A DNA stretch of 64,000 nucleotides from Leptogorgia sarmentosa. Its lineage: Eukaryota. The notes beneath the pieces are model-generated. The model ran no database searches and was not told the origin of the DNA. It worked only from the letters and a program-made list of their open reading frames with translations. The stretch lies in assembly GCA_964658305.1 (NCBI GenBank), contig OZ210885.1, forward strand, positions 5,890,001-5,954,000. The letters are read 5' to 3'. Positions 1 through 12,705 of this stretch are shown in pieces (the first letter of the stretch is position 1; each line of letters starts with the position of its first letter). Position numbers and translations under genes: made by a program.

Positions 1-167
1 TCTGTCATATGAAAGAAGAATATTTTTTGTTGCCAATACCCTTTGATGGCGACGTTTTTATCAGCACGGAGGTCATGTCACAGTGTCACTCGAGAAGAGA
101 CGCCATATCTACAATCACTTTCAAATGTGTTGGGACAGATGCCCCAAATACCCATCATTTTCTGAAT

Positions 168-202
168 CAACCTAACTTAACCTAACCCTAACCATAACCC
201 TT
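168..202. repeat. short degenerate (AACCT/AACCCT)n tract
   Basis: caacctaacttaacctaaccctaaccataaccct: a few imperfect telomere-like units. Confidence 0.5.
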
Positions 203-1415
203 GCCCCCAATTCAATGTTGCGTTGTAGTTAGCGATTGCTTTTTGCGGACAATCATGTACGTATGTATTGGAAACACAACATTGAATGGGGTGGGGGGAG
301 TATTATTATGGTTTGTAATTATTTGCACAATGTCACTGATTTCCTAAGACCATTGGTGTCCCAACTACTTATGAATATGATTGTACATATCTTCAAACCG
401 ATGTGTAATTTTCTTTTTATTATATAGTCGTAAAACCTTGTTGGCAATACTAATTTTTGATCGATAATGCTAAATGTTTCAACGAATTACATCATATTAC
501 CCAAAATAAAAAAATACCTGGATACATTTTCTTGACAAAAACATGTTGTTTTCTCAATGAACAAAATAACAAAAATTTGGTTCGTCGCTCTCGGACAAAC
601 TTCGCCTTTGAAAACAAATTCATTGGCGGGAAATGATCACGTGATAGATATCTTCACTAGTGAATGAAGAAAGGTCATAACTAGTGAAGATATGGAAAAT
701 GTACTCTGTATTTTTCGGTATCTAACTGTCTACTATGTAATAAAATGGTCTCATATAGTTTCTTTCGTTATATATAGTACATGGTAAATTGTTCGAAAAT
801 TGACTCATTTCCAAGTTTGTCTATCACTCTTGGTGGGAAGGTTTTCACCTTAACTGCTGCACAGTACGTCATTAAGGTGAGTGGAAGCTTTATAGTTCTT
901 TGTTTACAATCACGTGACATTTCGTCAAAATGACGGGCAATGAAGAACCGGTGCACGATTTTTCATAGTATCATCACACATATATCGAGACTTGAAATGT
1001 CTCTAACTCTTGTCGATTTTAGTCATACTTGCCCGTCAACTGAAATTCCAATTCGACGCCATTAGACAGTGTAAGCTTCGCGTTCAAAGTCAAACGCCGC
1101 GCTAAACAAGTTGTCAACTGTAAGGCAGCAAAATGTAAATGGACTTGTTGTTTCAAAACTTCAATGTTTGATCTTTTGATGAAGAAGATTTGAAATGAAG
1201 TGTTTAAACTAATATTCTACACCCACCATGCGTTCGCGGATGACTGTAGAGAAATTTGTGGAAACTTCATTTAAACTGTTATATAAGCTCGCGGTTTTCA
1301 CAACGTATACGCCAACTTGGATTACCTAATCCACCAAGCGTTCCAAGTCGTAATGGAATGAGTATCAGCTGCTCGTGTTTGAGATCACGAGTGCCATGCA
1401 GCTAATAATAAGTTA

Positions 1416-1771
1416 GGCCCGTTTCAGACGTCGAACTTTTCATGCGCCGAACTTAATTGTTTTAGTGAAGCACATGATAAATTCGAAGTATGAAACGAAT
1501 TAGTTCAACCTAAATGTTAAGCTCGATTGCTCTGGTCGAGCAAAACGACCGAAGCGCGACAAAGCGCGGTATGGTTTCAATCGTTGAACTCATAATATGC
1601 CTAACCAAATGTGTGTAAAATACTCCGCTGACTAGTGAATTTAAGTGTTCGTAAAGCAAAATAATTTAAAAGGCACGACACGTTTGAAACCAAAGTCGGG
1701 CTTGGTCGACGTTGGTCGAACCTAATAAATATTAGGTTCGGCACATGAAAAGTTCGACGTCTGTACGGGCC
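1416..1771. mobile_element. PIF/Harbinger-type MITE
   Basis: TIRs GGCCCGTTTCAGACGTCGAACTTTTCATG... and ...CATGAAAAGTTCGACGTCTGTACGGGCC, flanked by TTA on both sides (3-bp TSD). Confidence 0.85.
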
Positions 1772-2214
1772 TTACGTTTTGTATTGTCAGAATGGCTGAC
1801 GCCATTGTTCCTCATCTGTGACGATTTACTTGATAAGGCCAACAAATTGGTCCAACGTTATGCAAACAACATGTTGGCCTCATTTGAGAAACCCTTGGGT
1901 TTAAGCTTGCTCAAAACTTTCATCCAACATCGTGCAACTTAAGGGCACGATTCGTATTCTGGGGTATAAAACATACTGCTGATGCTGTCATTCGACTTCG
2001 TTAAGATTGAAGCGTAATTTGAAATTTCTCTTTCTCGTGCGTACTCACTGGATTGCATACGTACGCAAGACTGCGAATCGTGACCGACAAATCGTAGCGT
2101 GTAAACGTACCTTTAGCCAAAGGATGGCTCCGTTTGAACAGGCCTTTAGCTAGCCAACTTTTGAGAGCTAGTCCGTTACAGCGAAAAAAAAACTAATCGA
2201 TTTTTTCTGTTTAG

Positions 2215-2376
2215 GAAACCATTCTTGGGCAAAGTGCGTGCCTCAGTGGATTTATGGGTATTGATATTCCAGCACCCATTGGACCGTTGTGGATCTTAGG
2301 GGATGTGTTCATTGGTCCATACTACACCGAGTTCGACATGGCCAACAACCGCGTGGGATTCGCCAAAGCCACTTAA
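2215..2376 (+). CDS. CTSD: terminal coding exon of a cathepsin D-like (pepsin family A1) aspartic protease; upstream exons not identified in the window
   Basis: Follows acceptor ttttttctgtttag and translates [65 protein letters not shown] and NRVGFA are the A1/cathepsin D C-terminal motifs. Not in the ORF track. Confidence 0.9.
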   Translation, partial: ETILGQSACLSGFMGIDIPAPIGPLWILGDVFIGPYYTEFDMANNRVGFAKAT

Positions 2377-4135
2377 ACACAAATACACTTCGATAATCAG
2401 TTTAATGTTTTTAATTTTCATACATGTATTACTTTTTATGGAGTTGTTATAACGCAAATGATTTGTTTCGGTGACATAACAACGTGGTTTGGAAAAGCTC
2501 CCATCAGTTGTTAATTCACGGTTATTATGTTGTAAATTTGTACCAGGGAGCATGGGTGAATATTATGGGAATTATGCAATGTTGCTCTTGCAAAAATAGT
2601 AATAATATTATTGTGAAACGTTTGTTTACAGGAGTTGTGCTATTCTGTATAAATTTGTTATCAAGTTTTTATTAATTAAATCCATCAACTAGCTATTACA
2701 ACAAAAAGTGATTTTTTCCACGGAAATTCCTCGTCTCTTTTTCTCTTGCAAGTTTAGTGCCGTAATATTCAGTTACATATGACTGTCCAGTTACATATTT
2801 CACTTTTTCTGTTTTTCGGTTTTACTGTATTCTTAGTTTCTTGGAAAATGCAGTAACCCAAAAAGTTCGAGTAAAATTCGCACGCCAGTAACAGCGTATT
2901 GTTTACATAATAATATAGTATAATGAAGCGATTCAAAGCATCATGGCGCGAGCCCTGAGGCTACTCAGTATATCTAGTGAACTCTGATTCGGGAACGATA
3001 ACACTCAGTCATTTGGCAGTGAAGAGAAGCCTCGCGTCACTTTATACCTACTTTATACCTATACTTACTAAGTTTTATTAGTCAGCAGAGAACTAAATTA
3101 GGGCCTGTTCGTATGAGCAAAAGTTATTCCGGTTAGCGGAGAGATCATTTCGACAAGTTTACAAGCGAAATCTCCCTTGTAATAAAATTAACATGAAAAT
3201 TTACATGTGGTCTGGGCCAAGTCCGGGCGAGGTAAAACCCGTTCACACTAAGACCTAGGCCAGGTACAGGCCAAAAAACCACTGCTGTGTAAACACGGCT
3301 TTAGTATGACAATAGGTCTAATTAAGATCATAGCAATTATTTATAAATTCTACTGTCAGTTTGCTATAGCTTTTACAAGTCCTACCCCACGTTCTTAGCT
3401 TTTACAAGCCTACCCATGGGGGAAGCTCGCAGGGTACGAACTGCTGGTCATACAACGTGGGCTCTTCGCGGTTCTTCGCCGTGTTTGAGAACTTTTACTG
3501 CAATTGGCCCTGCCCCACAAACTCCCTTCCTTCATTAAATAAGAATTCAACAATATAATATCAACTGTGATCATATTCAACATCAACACGATGAAATAAA
3601 TATAGCTTCGTGATCATGACAACATAGCGCAGCAAAGTCCCGATCTGATTAAGATCCTGTCACGAAACACAACACAGGGACAAACTGTCTGTTGTGTATT
3701 TGTTCTCAATATACGACAAAATAACGTCATAATTAACAGTTATTCTCCGAACTCGAGTCGTCTCAGTTGTTAAGTCGTTTCAGTCTCTCATCTTCAGCCA
3801 TACATGGATGAAATATGAATAATGCTCAATGGTTTTGGATTCAGTAAGACATTGAACAAAAACATCATAAAGTGTAAAGGCTGGTTTCAAGTCACGCGTT
3901 TTTAATTCTACGCGGATAAGTTTATTAACTCGTTCAAAATTATATTGAAGTACTATACTCATTGTCATAGCGAAGGGGTGTTCATATGGAGGAGAGCCAT
4001 CATCGCTTAGGCGAGATCTGATGTTACAATGTAATTTAATTTATTAATATTATTCAGTTTTCGTAAACTAGTGTTCTGATTGGTCGATTTGTACCACGTG
4101 ACTTACTTTTGCATAACAATGCACCAAGGCCGTGC

Positions 4136-4596
4136 GGTTAGTGTTAGATCATATCGAACAAACGTACATGACGTCAGAATTTTATTATTAACGGAGTTTT
4201 CTCTTTAAAATGTTTTCTTGAACAAGTGATTTTCTTAAAGAAAATCTTAGTCGAGGGCGAAGCCCGAATCAACTATCATCTCGTAGAAATCGAGAGCGAG
4301 TAATCTAATTGTTTTAGTAGAATCAGAGATCAAACATGAAAATATTGCAAAAAATAATTTAAAACCGCGTCTCAGAAGACATTTTCTTGAACGAAAATTC
4401 ACATGTTTTGCTACTCGCTATCTATTGAAGAATAGATATCGAGTAGAGTAGCCAATCAAATTGCAGCATTTGCAATAGTATACGAGTATGATTCTACTAA
4501 ATAAAATTAGTTCACAGCTAATACTAATACTATATTAAGGGTTAAATAAATATTCTGACGTCATGTACGTTTGTTCGATTTGATCTAACGCTCACC
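4136..4596. mobile_element. non-autonomous TIR element with 9-bp TSD (Mutator- or Merlin-like)
   Basis: ~55-bp imperfect TIRs GGTTAGTGTTAGATCATATCGAACAAACGTACATGACGTCAGAA / TTCTGACGTCATGTACGTTTGTTCGATTTGATCTAACGCTCACC; direct repeat AGGCCGTGC at 4127-4135 and 4597-4605. Confidence 0.8.
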
Positions 4597-5909
4597 AGGC
4601 CGTGCATTATAGCCGTGCATGAACATTTTATCGCAATGCAAGATGGTTGCCGAGATTATCGATTATTTGATTAGTAAGGCGAGAGGTTGCTGCATATATG
4701 TATTTCTAGTATTATACTGATCATACGGCGAGTTTCAAATGCAAGGCATCAATGTAGACGCATGCACGCATATTTATGTGCAAGGATTTAATTGATTTGA
4801 TAAATGCTTTTGTCTGACATGCGAAGAAGACAATTCGTATTTTCATTAAGATGATCATAAGAGATGTCGCTCTTCAGTCTTCATTCTAGCTGGGATAGAG
4901 TTCAGTGACAGTAAAAGTTGTCTCCAGAATTATTCGATTACTACAAACAATTTGTATGATAATCATAGTAAACCCATAATGGCTATTGTTAGTTACCATG
5001 TAACCTAATGGGATTGGATTATTGGTTGAAATATTTTTCCTTCCAGTAAAAGTCTCTCTAGTTCTCGCTTGTGCGTTTAAGTAATGTCGGTTTCAGCGAC
5101 ACAAAGGATTAATGGAAGTTTAACTGAATAATATCAAAACCATTCAATGTCAAAACCAGTCCAGTGCCCCTAACTATTGCACTACCTACTGGCTAAGATA
5201 AAACAATATTCTTAATGCGTTTCTCTCTCAATTTTATGCTGGCAATTCATTTCCCTTCAATAGTCATTCGGGACAGTATAATTAAATTCGGACAGTATAA
5301 CAGCTGGATATTGTCTTTACCAACATTTGAGGAAATTAATCATATTAGTATCATCAAAAATTATTTTTATATACTGATATGAGGGAAATTTTAGAATTAC
5401 TTTGAGGTATATACCTGTTGTCATGTATTTAACACTTATTGACTGGGCCCAAGGGAAACAGTATGTTTTGTGTCGCGTCATCACGTGATGGCGCACGTGA
5501 TATTTTTTGTTGTTCACCGGTGAATAACGTATTATCTCCCTCTCTTGCTGATGCGAGGGAGACAGTCTAATTTCGTCACTCTCACGTGATACGCTCTCGA
5601 CCAATGAAACACAAGAAAAGGGAAACTTTGACGATTGGTATATAATGAATGAACATATTTAGTGGTTGTAGCTAATATTTATGCAATATTGTTCGGAACG
5701 TTTCATACGGCTAATTCAAAATTGGAAACGCTAATGAGAACAAATGTTGAAATATTCCACTACTTCTGAATATATTATCTCTATTCTGGTCGCAGGGAGG
5801 GAGGTTGTATGTATGGCTTCCAAGTGTTTAGAATAGTCTTTTGAAGTGCTTACGTCATAGGAGATTGGGCTTAATGAATTGTGGGATATGTTTGGGATTT
5901 TTTACAAAT

Positions 5910-6050
5910 ATGGCAGGCTTTTTAGTTAAACTAAATGAAAAAGATGTCCCAGATGCAATATTGCCGGAGAAATTTCCAGAAGATAATACGGTGGAAGACC
6001 TAAAACGATGGATAGAAACAAGAGGATTTACAGTTGGAAAAAAAGAGTCC
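5910..6050 (+). pseudogene. N-terminal stub of a SAP-like-domain transposon accessory protein (YqaJ exonuclease-type ORF inferred)
   Basis: ATG at 5910: MAGFLVKLNEKDVPDAILPEKFPEDNTVEDLKRWIETRGFTVGKK. TVEDLKRWI..RG...GKK resembles a SAP helix motif. Confidence 0.55.
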
Positions 6051-6213
6051 ACTTTGAGATACAAGACCACTTTGATATTTTTTGCGCGTTTTTTATGGCA
6101 CGTTTCCAGATTATCCTTCTACAAACATCCTTTGGAAGTGTGTGAATTTTTAGATAGTGAAAACGACGATTATTTGACACACAGCCCAGAACACAACACT
6201 TTACATTTACCAT
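6028..6213 (-). pseudogene. truncated THAP zinc-finger (transposase N-terminus)
   Basis: MVNVKCCVLGC...HTLPKD...RRIIWKRAI matches the THAP pattern (CxxxxC, P, W); the closing CxxH is lost. Confidence 0.7.
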
Positions 6214-6489
6214 TTTACCACCCTGGCATAAAGAGCATATTTTTTAAAATCATCCGACACCCGATCAGCCGCCATATTTGAAAAAAATCCCAAACATATC
6301 CCACAATTCATTAAGCCAAATCTCCTATGACGTAAGCACTTCAAAAGACTATTGAAGGTTTAGGGCTTAGAGATTATAGTACGCAAAGGACAACCTGTAT
6401 ACACTATGGGGGAGCTTCGATTCAATCTCAGTGAACTGTATACAATGTTAAGGCCAGCTCGTTTCATAAGCCCGCCGCACAGAGAGCTC

Positions 6490-7585
6490 TTAAAATTCTT
6501 GTTTTCTTTGTCATTTATTGTCAACTTTGGACAAAAACTTTTAGTGAACGTGTACTTCGCACTCGCGGTATTTCGCCAAACACAAGTGCAATTTTTCATT
6601 AATACTTCTCGAACCGTGTAATTTCCTTTACTAATTCGAGCCCAGATCTGAACAAAATTTCTTAGAGTAGGAAATTTGTTGTTGGAATGCACTTTGAAAA
6701 TGACATGCGGCACAAAATATAAGCTCTTTTAACGGTATTTGATTTAATCGAGCCAAAATATGGAGCATATATATATAGTTTATCGATACTTTAGATATTA
6801 TTTGGATATAGATTTGATGTATAAATAGACCTTACCTTGAGATGTTTGCTCAAGCATAGATGACCCCTGTTGTGGCCTACACAGATGATTTTGGCAATCA
6901 GACATATTTAAGGATGAGACATTTGTATCATTCGAGCGATAAGCAACAACGTACCAGCAATACCCGAATCATATAAATCTCTTGCCTGCGGTTTTGGTGT
7001 CCGAATTTCGAAAGCCCAACGTTTTCTTGATTATTTTCTCGGTCTGTTATTAGGGTATCCGAATTTCGGGGATAATATCATTGTTGCCAATTTCCTGGAC
7101 GCTGATTGGCTAAAAAGCTTCAACAACTGTGCAAATTAAACTTAATTGCACGGTTTCGAGCCCGCGATACATTATAAAAACAAATAAATAAACGCTTAAA
7201 TCAACGCTAAAATTCTTGTTTTTTGTATCATTTATTGTCAACTTTGGACAAAAAAGGTTAGTGAACGTGTACTACAATGATATTAATACGAAATTACACT
7301 TGTTCTCGAAGTATTAATGAGAAATTGCACTTGTGTTTGGCGAAATACCGCTCGTGTTTCGCACTCGCGGTATTTCGCCAAACACGCGTGCAATTTTTCA
7401 TTAATACTTCTCGAACCGTGTAATTTCCTATACTAACTTTTCCAAAAGAAGTTATTTCGGGAAAATTGCGCGGAATTGGATGACGTTCCGCACAAATTTT
7501 TTCAAACGCGGTCAAAACCTCGCGACCAATTAATTTGCCAATCCGCACAAAGAGTATAATTCTAGCCCAGATCTGAACAAAATCG
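6490..7585. repeat. two related fragments of an interspersed repeat (about 6490-6657 and 7209-7585), possibly Crypton-like
   Basis: Both share ttcgcactcgcggtatttcgccaaacac..gtgcaatttttcattaatacttctcgaaccgtgtaatttcc and gcccagatctgaacaaaat; the second has an internal inverted repeat. Confidence 0.55.
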
Positions 7586-7717
7586 ACTATTTTTCTGAAA
7601 TGTCAAAAAATGCGAAAAAATGCTAAAATTTATTTGAAAGAAAATGCGGAATTTTGCAAGTTTGGAATTCTTTGGAACGCCTTTTTAATTATCGTTTGTG
7701 ACGAAGAAGTCGATATT

Positions 7718-7867
7718 AGACCACTTCACTTCTCAACCAGAAACAAAGACATACGCTGCGTTTTCGATTGAAGAGGAAAACAGTGCGTTCGGAAGAGATT
7801 CCAGGCGTGTTTAGAATATCTGGTGAGATTTTCGACTCAACTTGTTTCTCTCAAACACTTCATAACA
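7718..7867 (+). other. probable non-coding 5' exon of MFS paralog 1
   Basis: Homologous to 14432-14633 upstream of paralog 2; ends at donor-like GTAAGT (7868); acceptor ttgcatttctcttttag ends at 9950, before the ATG. Confidence 0.5.
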
Positions 7868-8270
7868 GTAAGTACTAATATCTGTTCTAACCATTCAAAC
7901 TTTTATCTATGTGTTCAAAGGCCAATCTACACACGATGCGAACATCGTAAACGATTCGTATTCTGGCTTATGAAATAATTACATAACGTAAAGACGATGT
8001 ATTTCAAATGCCATCCTAACATAATCAAGACTACAGGGTTGAGATGTCATCATTCACTTGCGTGGCCAAAATACTGAATCGTATACTTCAGGGTGTGAAA
8101 AGATCATCAGTATTTTAAATATTTAACTTACTTTTTGCAGGTACTGCCGTGAACAAATAATTTTTTTTTTCAAACTAAACGATTAGATCTCAAGTCCTCA
8201 ACTCAGTAGTATCTCCTCGTGTATTCTGTAGCTCACTAATATCAAGTACTGTCGTATATTATAAATCACC

Positions 8271-9286
8271 TTATAATATAAGTAGGGTAAAATCTGCAAC
8301 GTGATTGGCTAATGAGCGTGCATTATGACAGCGTAATGCACGCATCTAGCTATTAAATTTCTCCCGCGACTCTTTGGTTTGACAAAAAGACAATAAAAAT
8401 ACATATATACTAAAAATACATCCATAAAAAACGCTTGAATTGTTTGCTTTCGCTCAGCTAAAGGAATGAAGCTGTGTTGCTGCTTGGCAACATTTGAGAA
8501 CACGCTTGATTTCATGTAAAGAGAATTGTAATTTTGATCTTCCTAACGAAGTTTTTTGTTGCGCTAATATTCTCTTATATTATAAAAGAAATAGAAAAAC
8601 TCGTTGCGTGCCATTATGCTGTTATAATTGCACTCGGGCAATGTTGTGAGAATACTCGAGAATCGCGTAAAACACTCAGCTACGCCTCGTGTTTTACGCG
8701 ATTCTCTCGTATTCTCCCAACATTCCCCTCGTGCATTATAACAGCATAATGGCACGCGACTCGTTATCTATTTCTTAATTATAATATAAGTAGGGTAAAA
8801 TCTGCAACGTGATTGGCTAATGAGCGTGCATTATGACAGCGTAATGCACGCATCTAGCTATTAAATTTCTCCCGCGACTCTTTGGTTTGACAAAAAGACA
8901 ATAAAAATACATATATACTAAAAATACATCCATAAAAAACGCTTGAATTGTTTGCTTTCGCTCAGCTAAAGGAATGAAGCTGTGTTGCTGCTTGGCAACA
9001 TTTGAGAACACGCTTGATTTCATGTAAAGAGAATTGTAATTTTGATCTTCCTAACGAAGTTTTTTGTTGCGCTAATATTCTCTTATATTATAAAAGAAAT
9101 AGAAAAACTCGTTGCGTGCCATTATGCTGTTATAATTGCACTCGGGCAATGTTGTGAGAATACTCGAGAATCGCGTAAAACACTCAGCTACGCCTCGTGT
9201 TTTACGCGATTCTCTCGTATTCTCCCAACATTCCCCTCGTGCATTATAACAGCATAATGGCACGCGACTCGTTATCTATTTCTTAA
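8271..9286. mobile_element. head-to-tail dimer (2 x 508 bp) of a non-autonomous element with a long terminal hairpin, Crypton-like
   Basis: 8271-8778 and 8779-9286 look identical (identical ORF translations offset by 508). The last ~190 bp of each unit is an imperfect palindrome (gagaatcgcgtaaaacac..gtgttttacgcgattctc). Family assignment is inference. Confidence 0.65.
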
Positions 9287-9982
9287 TTACAGACGTTTCA
9301 ATATTGTCTGATTTCAATATCTGTCTGAGTCGGGTAATTTTGCTTGGTCGGTTTTATTTGCCGAATAAGAAAACAAATACCACCATTCGATTCAGCGTAA
9401 CAATCTCTATCAAAATACCCGTTGTCTGTGTGTATACAATGCAGTACGAGCGATTTATACATGCTAGAAACCATACAAACTTCACTGATATGTGAGAATT
9501 GTATGAGAACCGTCAAGTAGAATACTAATTACTTACATTTAGATGAGTGATAACTTCCTTTCCTTTGGATATTACTTTTTCAAAGTTATGCCATAAACAT
9601 CGCCTTGGAAAATACTGTATTTGTACATATTTTTGTGGCTATAGCTAAAAAATTCGCCATAAACCGCCAGTTAAATTAAACCAGCCACTTGTTTCGTGTG
9701 GCGTGCGGCCAAACCGGAAGTCACCCACGTTATCAAAGACACCGGAAATCGATTCTACGGGTCGGAAATTTCCGACAATTACAACAATACTTTTAAAACC
9801 TGTGATTTAATCACGGAATGGATATTTTTAGGAAAATCTGACCGTATCAGCTGATACGTTCGACATGGTTCGAATCCGCCCTTGTAAAATAACCTGTAGT
9901 CACTGTCATTATCTGCTCCAAGCTTTACCCATGATTGCATTTCTCTTTTAGATCACAGAGTATCAGATCAGTTTCAAAGAAA

Positions 9983-11230
9983 ATGGGCAGACAATTAGGC
10001 TGGGTTGCAAAATTTGCTGCCCTTCGTTTGTTTTTATCCGGCTGTGAGACGTATCTTATTGCTCCTACTGCCTGGATTTATGTCAAGTCTCTTGACCAAA
10101 CCACGTTTTTTCTGGCTTTGGTGTTATCTGCTTTCAACGTTTGCTGTATCATCGCTGGACCTGTTTCCGGATTCCTGACAGATCGATTTGGAAATCCAAG
10201 ATTTGTCTTCCTTTGCTCGTGTGCAACTAAAGTGTTTGCGTACATTATCTACAGTGTCAACCTGAGCGCATATTTTCCTCTATTTGGGAGACTTTTAAGT
10301 GGTGTCGGCGAAATTGGAGTCACAGTTCTCCTTGGACAAATAGCGTTACAGCCTGAAAGAGAAAGTCGTAGTGGGAATTTTGTACTTCTGGACAGTGCGT
10401 ATTGTGTTGGTGCTGCATTTGGACCAGCAATTGGTAGTTTCATTACATTTCGAACGAACATACTTGGCTGGGAAATAAACGAAGGCAATTCACCTGGGAT
10501 TGTATTGATAATAATATGGCTTTTGTTTTTTATTTTGGCGATGCTCTTGCCGAAGGATATTTGGATAGCTACTGGTGCTGGCAACACTGAAGACAATTCA
10601 ACCTTAAGTGAAGACGAAGCTTACAAATGGAAACCAAACTATGCTCTGTTGGATTCCAGATTGGTTTGCCTGATTTTTTTGGTATTCTCCAGCGAAGTTT
10701 TTTCAAGCACGTCAACCTTTTACGTCCCAGTATTAGCCCTTGATCATTTCCATCTTGAACTGATTCACATCAAATTACTATTCTTAAATTGCACATTATT
10801 TACATTGATGATATTTATCGGCATTTATTTCGCTTCGAGCCATGTTGAAGATCGAAAACTCGTTGTAGCTGCATTATCTATGCAAATCACTGCCATCACT
10901 TTTCTGGTATACTTCGCTTTCTCGTGGGATCAAGTAACGGACATCCAATGGTATATTTTACTTTTATACATCTGTTTTGGCATGCCGTATTTTGCATATC
11001 CATTGGCAAATTCAATGCTTTCAAAAATTACACCCCCGCAAAATGCAACATTTGTCCAAGGTCTATCTTTCGGAAGTATGAATCTAGCTATAGTAATAAG
11101 CCGTGTTGTGGTAAGTTTTGTTTTCACAAAAACGAGCCTACTTTGGTATTCGTTTGCCATGGTGATGCTTTGGTTGGCAGGTATGATATGGTATGGTAAA
11201 CATTATAAAAGAATGGTTCAAGACGATTGA
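9983..11230 (+). CDS. major facilitator superfamily transporter, MFSD8/CLN7-like, paralog 1 (415 aa, single coding exon)
   Basis: About 12 hydrophobic segments, MFS motif A-like GFLTDRFGNPR, GRLLSG, GAAFGPAIG; first ATG at 9983. Confidence 0.88.
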   Translation: MGRQLGWVAKFAALRLFLSGCETYLIAPTAWIYVKSLDQTTFFLALVLSAFNVCCIIAGPVSGFLTDRFGNPRFVFLCSCATKVFAYIIYSVNLSAYFPLFGRLLSGVGEIGVTVLLGQIALQPERESRSGNFVLLDSAYCVGAAFGPAIGSFITFRTNILGWEINEGNSPGIVLIIIWLLFFILAMLLPKDIWIATGAGNTEDNSTLSEDEAYKWKPNYALLDSRLVCLIFLVFSSEVFSSTSTFYVPVLALDHFHLELIHIKLLFLNCTLFTLMIFIGIYFASSHVEDRKLVVAALSMQITAITFLVYFAFSWDQVTDIQWYILLLYICFGMPYFAYPLANSMLSKITPPQNATFVQGLSFGSMNLAIVISRVVVSFVFTKTSLLWYSFAMVMLWLAGMIWYGKHYKRMVQDD

Positions 11231-11997
11231 AAAAACAGCAAAGTTCCCAACTGGTTTATGTAAAAATATTCGATATACGTCGAGTATAAAAAAATATCGA
11301 ATTCAATTACTGTTATATCATTTCACACTCTTTTTGTTCCGAAGATTATTTAAAAACATATATTTTTGAATGACCTTGTAATTAAACGTTTTAACATAAT
11401 TCTAATACTTTGTTTCATATTAATACATTAACATTGTACTATATATTCTATCTATCAAAATGGAATGTATGTCTTTTTTAATATGGTATACACAGTCAAA
11501 CTGGCTGTTCAGCCTGCCCGGCGTTGATATATACTCCGAATAACATCACAATAACATTCTGCACCTGAGTACATCATAACACCGGAAACATTCTTATTAC
11601 TTGTTGCTTTTTTTTCTTGCAGAAAATGCAAGCAGGGGATTTAAAGTTAACGAAGGCCAATTGTCTTCTTTATGATCCTGCATGATTGTTTTATTAGTGA
11701 GAATGCTACAAATCTCTATCAAGTCAGTTCGCAAAATCGGACTCCATTTTCACACTAGCCTGCGAACAGCTGTACGTAAGAACATGTCAGCCAATCAAAA
11801 CGCTGATACGATAAATTTTCACTGGTGAACTAAATCGTATGGCGAATGAAACGGTGATACGGCAAATTTTACCAGCGAGTGAAATACATCGTATGCACTG
11901 AGATACGATTCTATTTTCTTTCACTGCTCTACTGCACGTATGAAATACTGCATAATACAATATCTCTTTTGGACGCTGCTTAATACTGCCGCTCTAC

Positions 11998-12705
11998 TTA
12001 ACAATTAGTCGCCTCAGGCTCGGTGATTCGCCGCTTCGCGGCTCAGTGAATATAGACTTGTAATCACCGAGCCTGAGGCGACTAATTGTTTTAGTATAAA
12101 TCGCCAGGTCAAAGTGATTTGATTCAAACTGTCTGTTAAGAAGAAATTCAAGTTTTGTTTACTTTGTTTATAGTTTGTTTACATAAAATAATTCGCGCTC
12201 ATATCACCACTTTGCTAGTGAAAAAAGCCAGTTTTGTTGCATAAAAATAACACTAAATAAACTACTTTACTTTGAAAGATTTTGAAACCATATATCTTGT
12301 TTGGTTTTCTTGGGGATGCTTTCTTGTTTAATTTTGTCAATTTCCTCCTGCGAAATTTCAGCAAACCGAGCGGCCATTTTGAATTTTAATTATGAAAATT
12401 GATATGGTCACCTCATAGGAGGTGACTATTACAAGAGAGAAATCAATTCTTGTCCAACCAGGTTGCAGGAAATGTTATAGTCACCTCAAAATTTATACTA
12501 ATGGCTTTTTTCACAAGGAAAGTGGTGATATGAGCGTGAATTATTTTATGTAAACAAACTATAAACAAAGTAAACAAAACTTGAATTTCTACTTAACAGA
12601 CAGTTTGAATCAAATCAGTTTGACCTGGAGATTTATACTAAAACAATTAGTCGCCTTGGTGACTATGAGCTTATAATCACCTCGCCTTCGGGGACTAATT
12701 GTTAA
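11998..12705. mobile_element. palindrome-rich non-autonomous element (Crypton-like); partial related copy at ~22920-23083
   Basis: Ends TTAACAATTAGTC / GACTAATTGTTAA; hairpin at 11998-12090; ~150-bp inverted repeat (12080-12225 vs 12515-12655). Confidence 0.6.

Larger units (their letters stand above)
5835..6350. mobile_element. internally deleted ISL2EU-like DNA transposon
   Basis: ~75-bp TIRs starting AGTCTTTTGAAGTGCTTACGTCATAGGAGATT, AT on both flanks, and N-terminal stubs of two convergent ORFs (THAP-like and SAP-like). Confidence 0.75.

Noticed and set aside
168..202. True telomere
   Set aside because: Only ~35 bp, degenerate and internal, apparently within an intron
5841..6281. 146-aa ORF as a host gene
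   Set aside because: It lies wholly within a TIR element; its start is in the TIR and its 3' half is antisense THAP sequence
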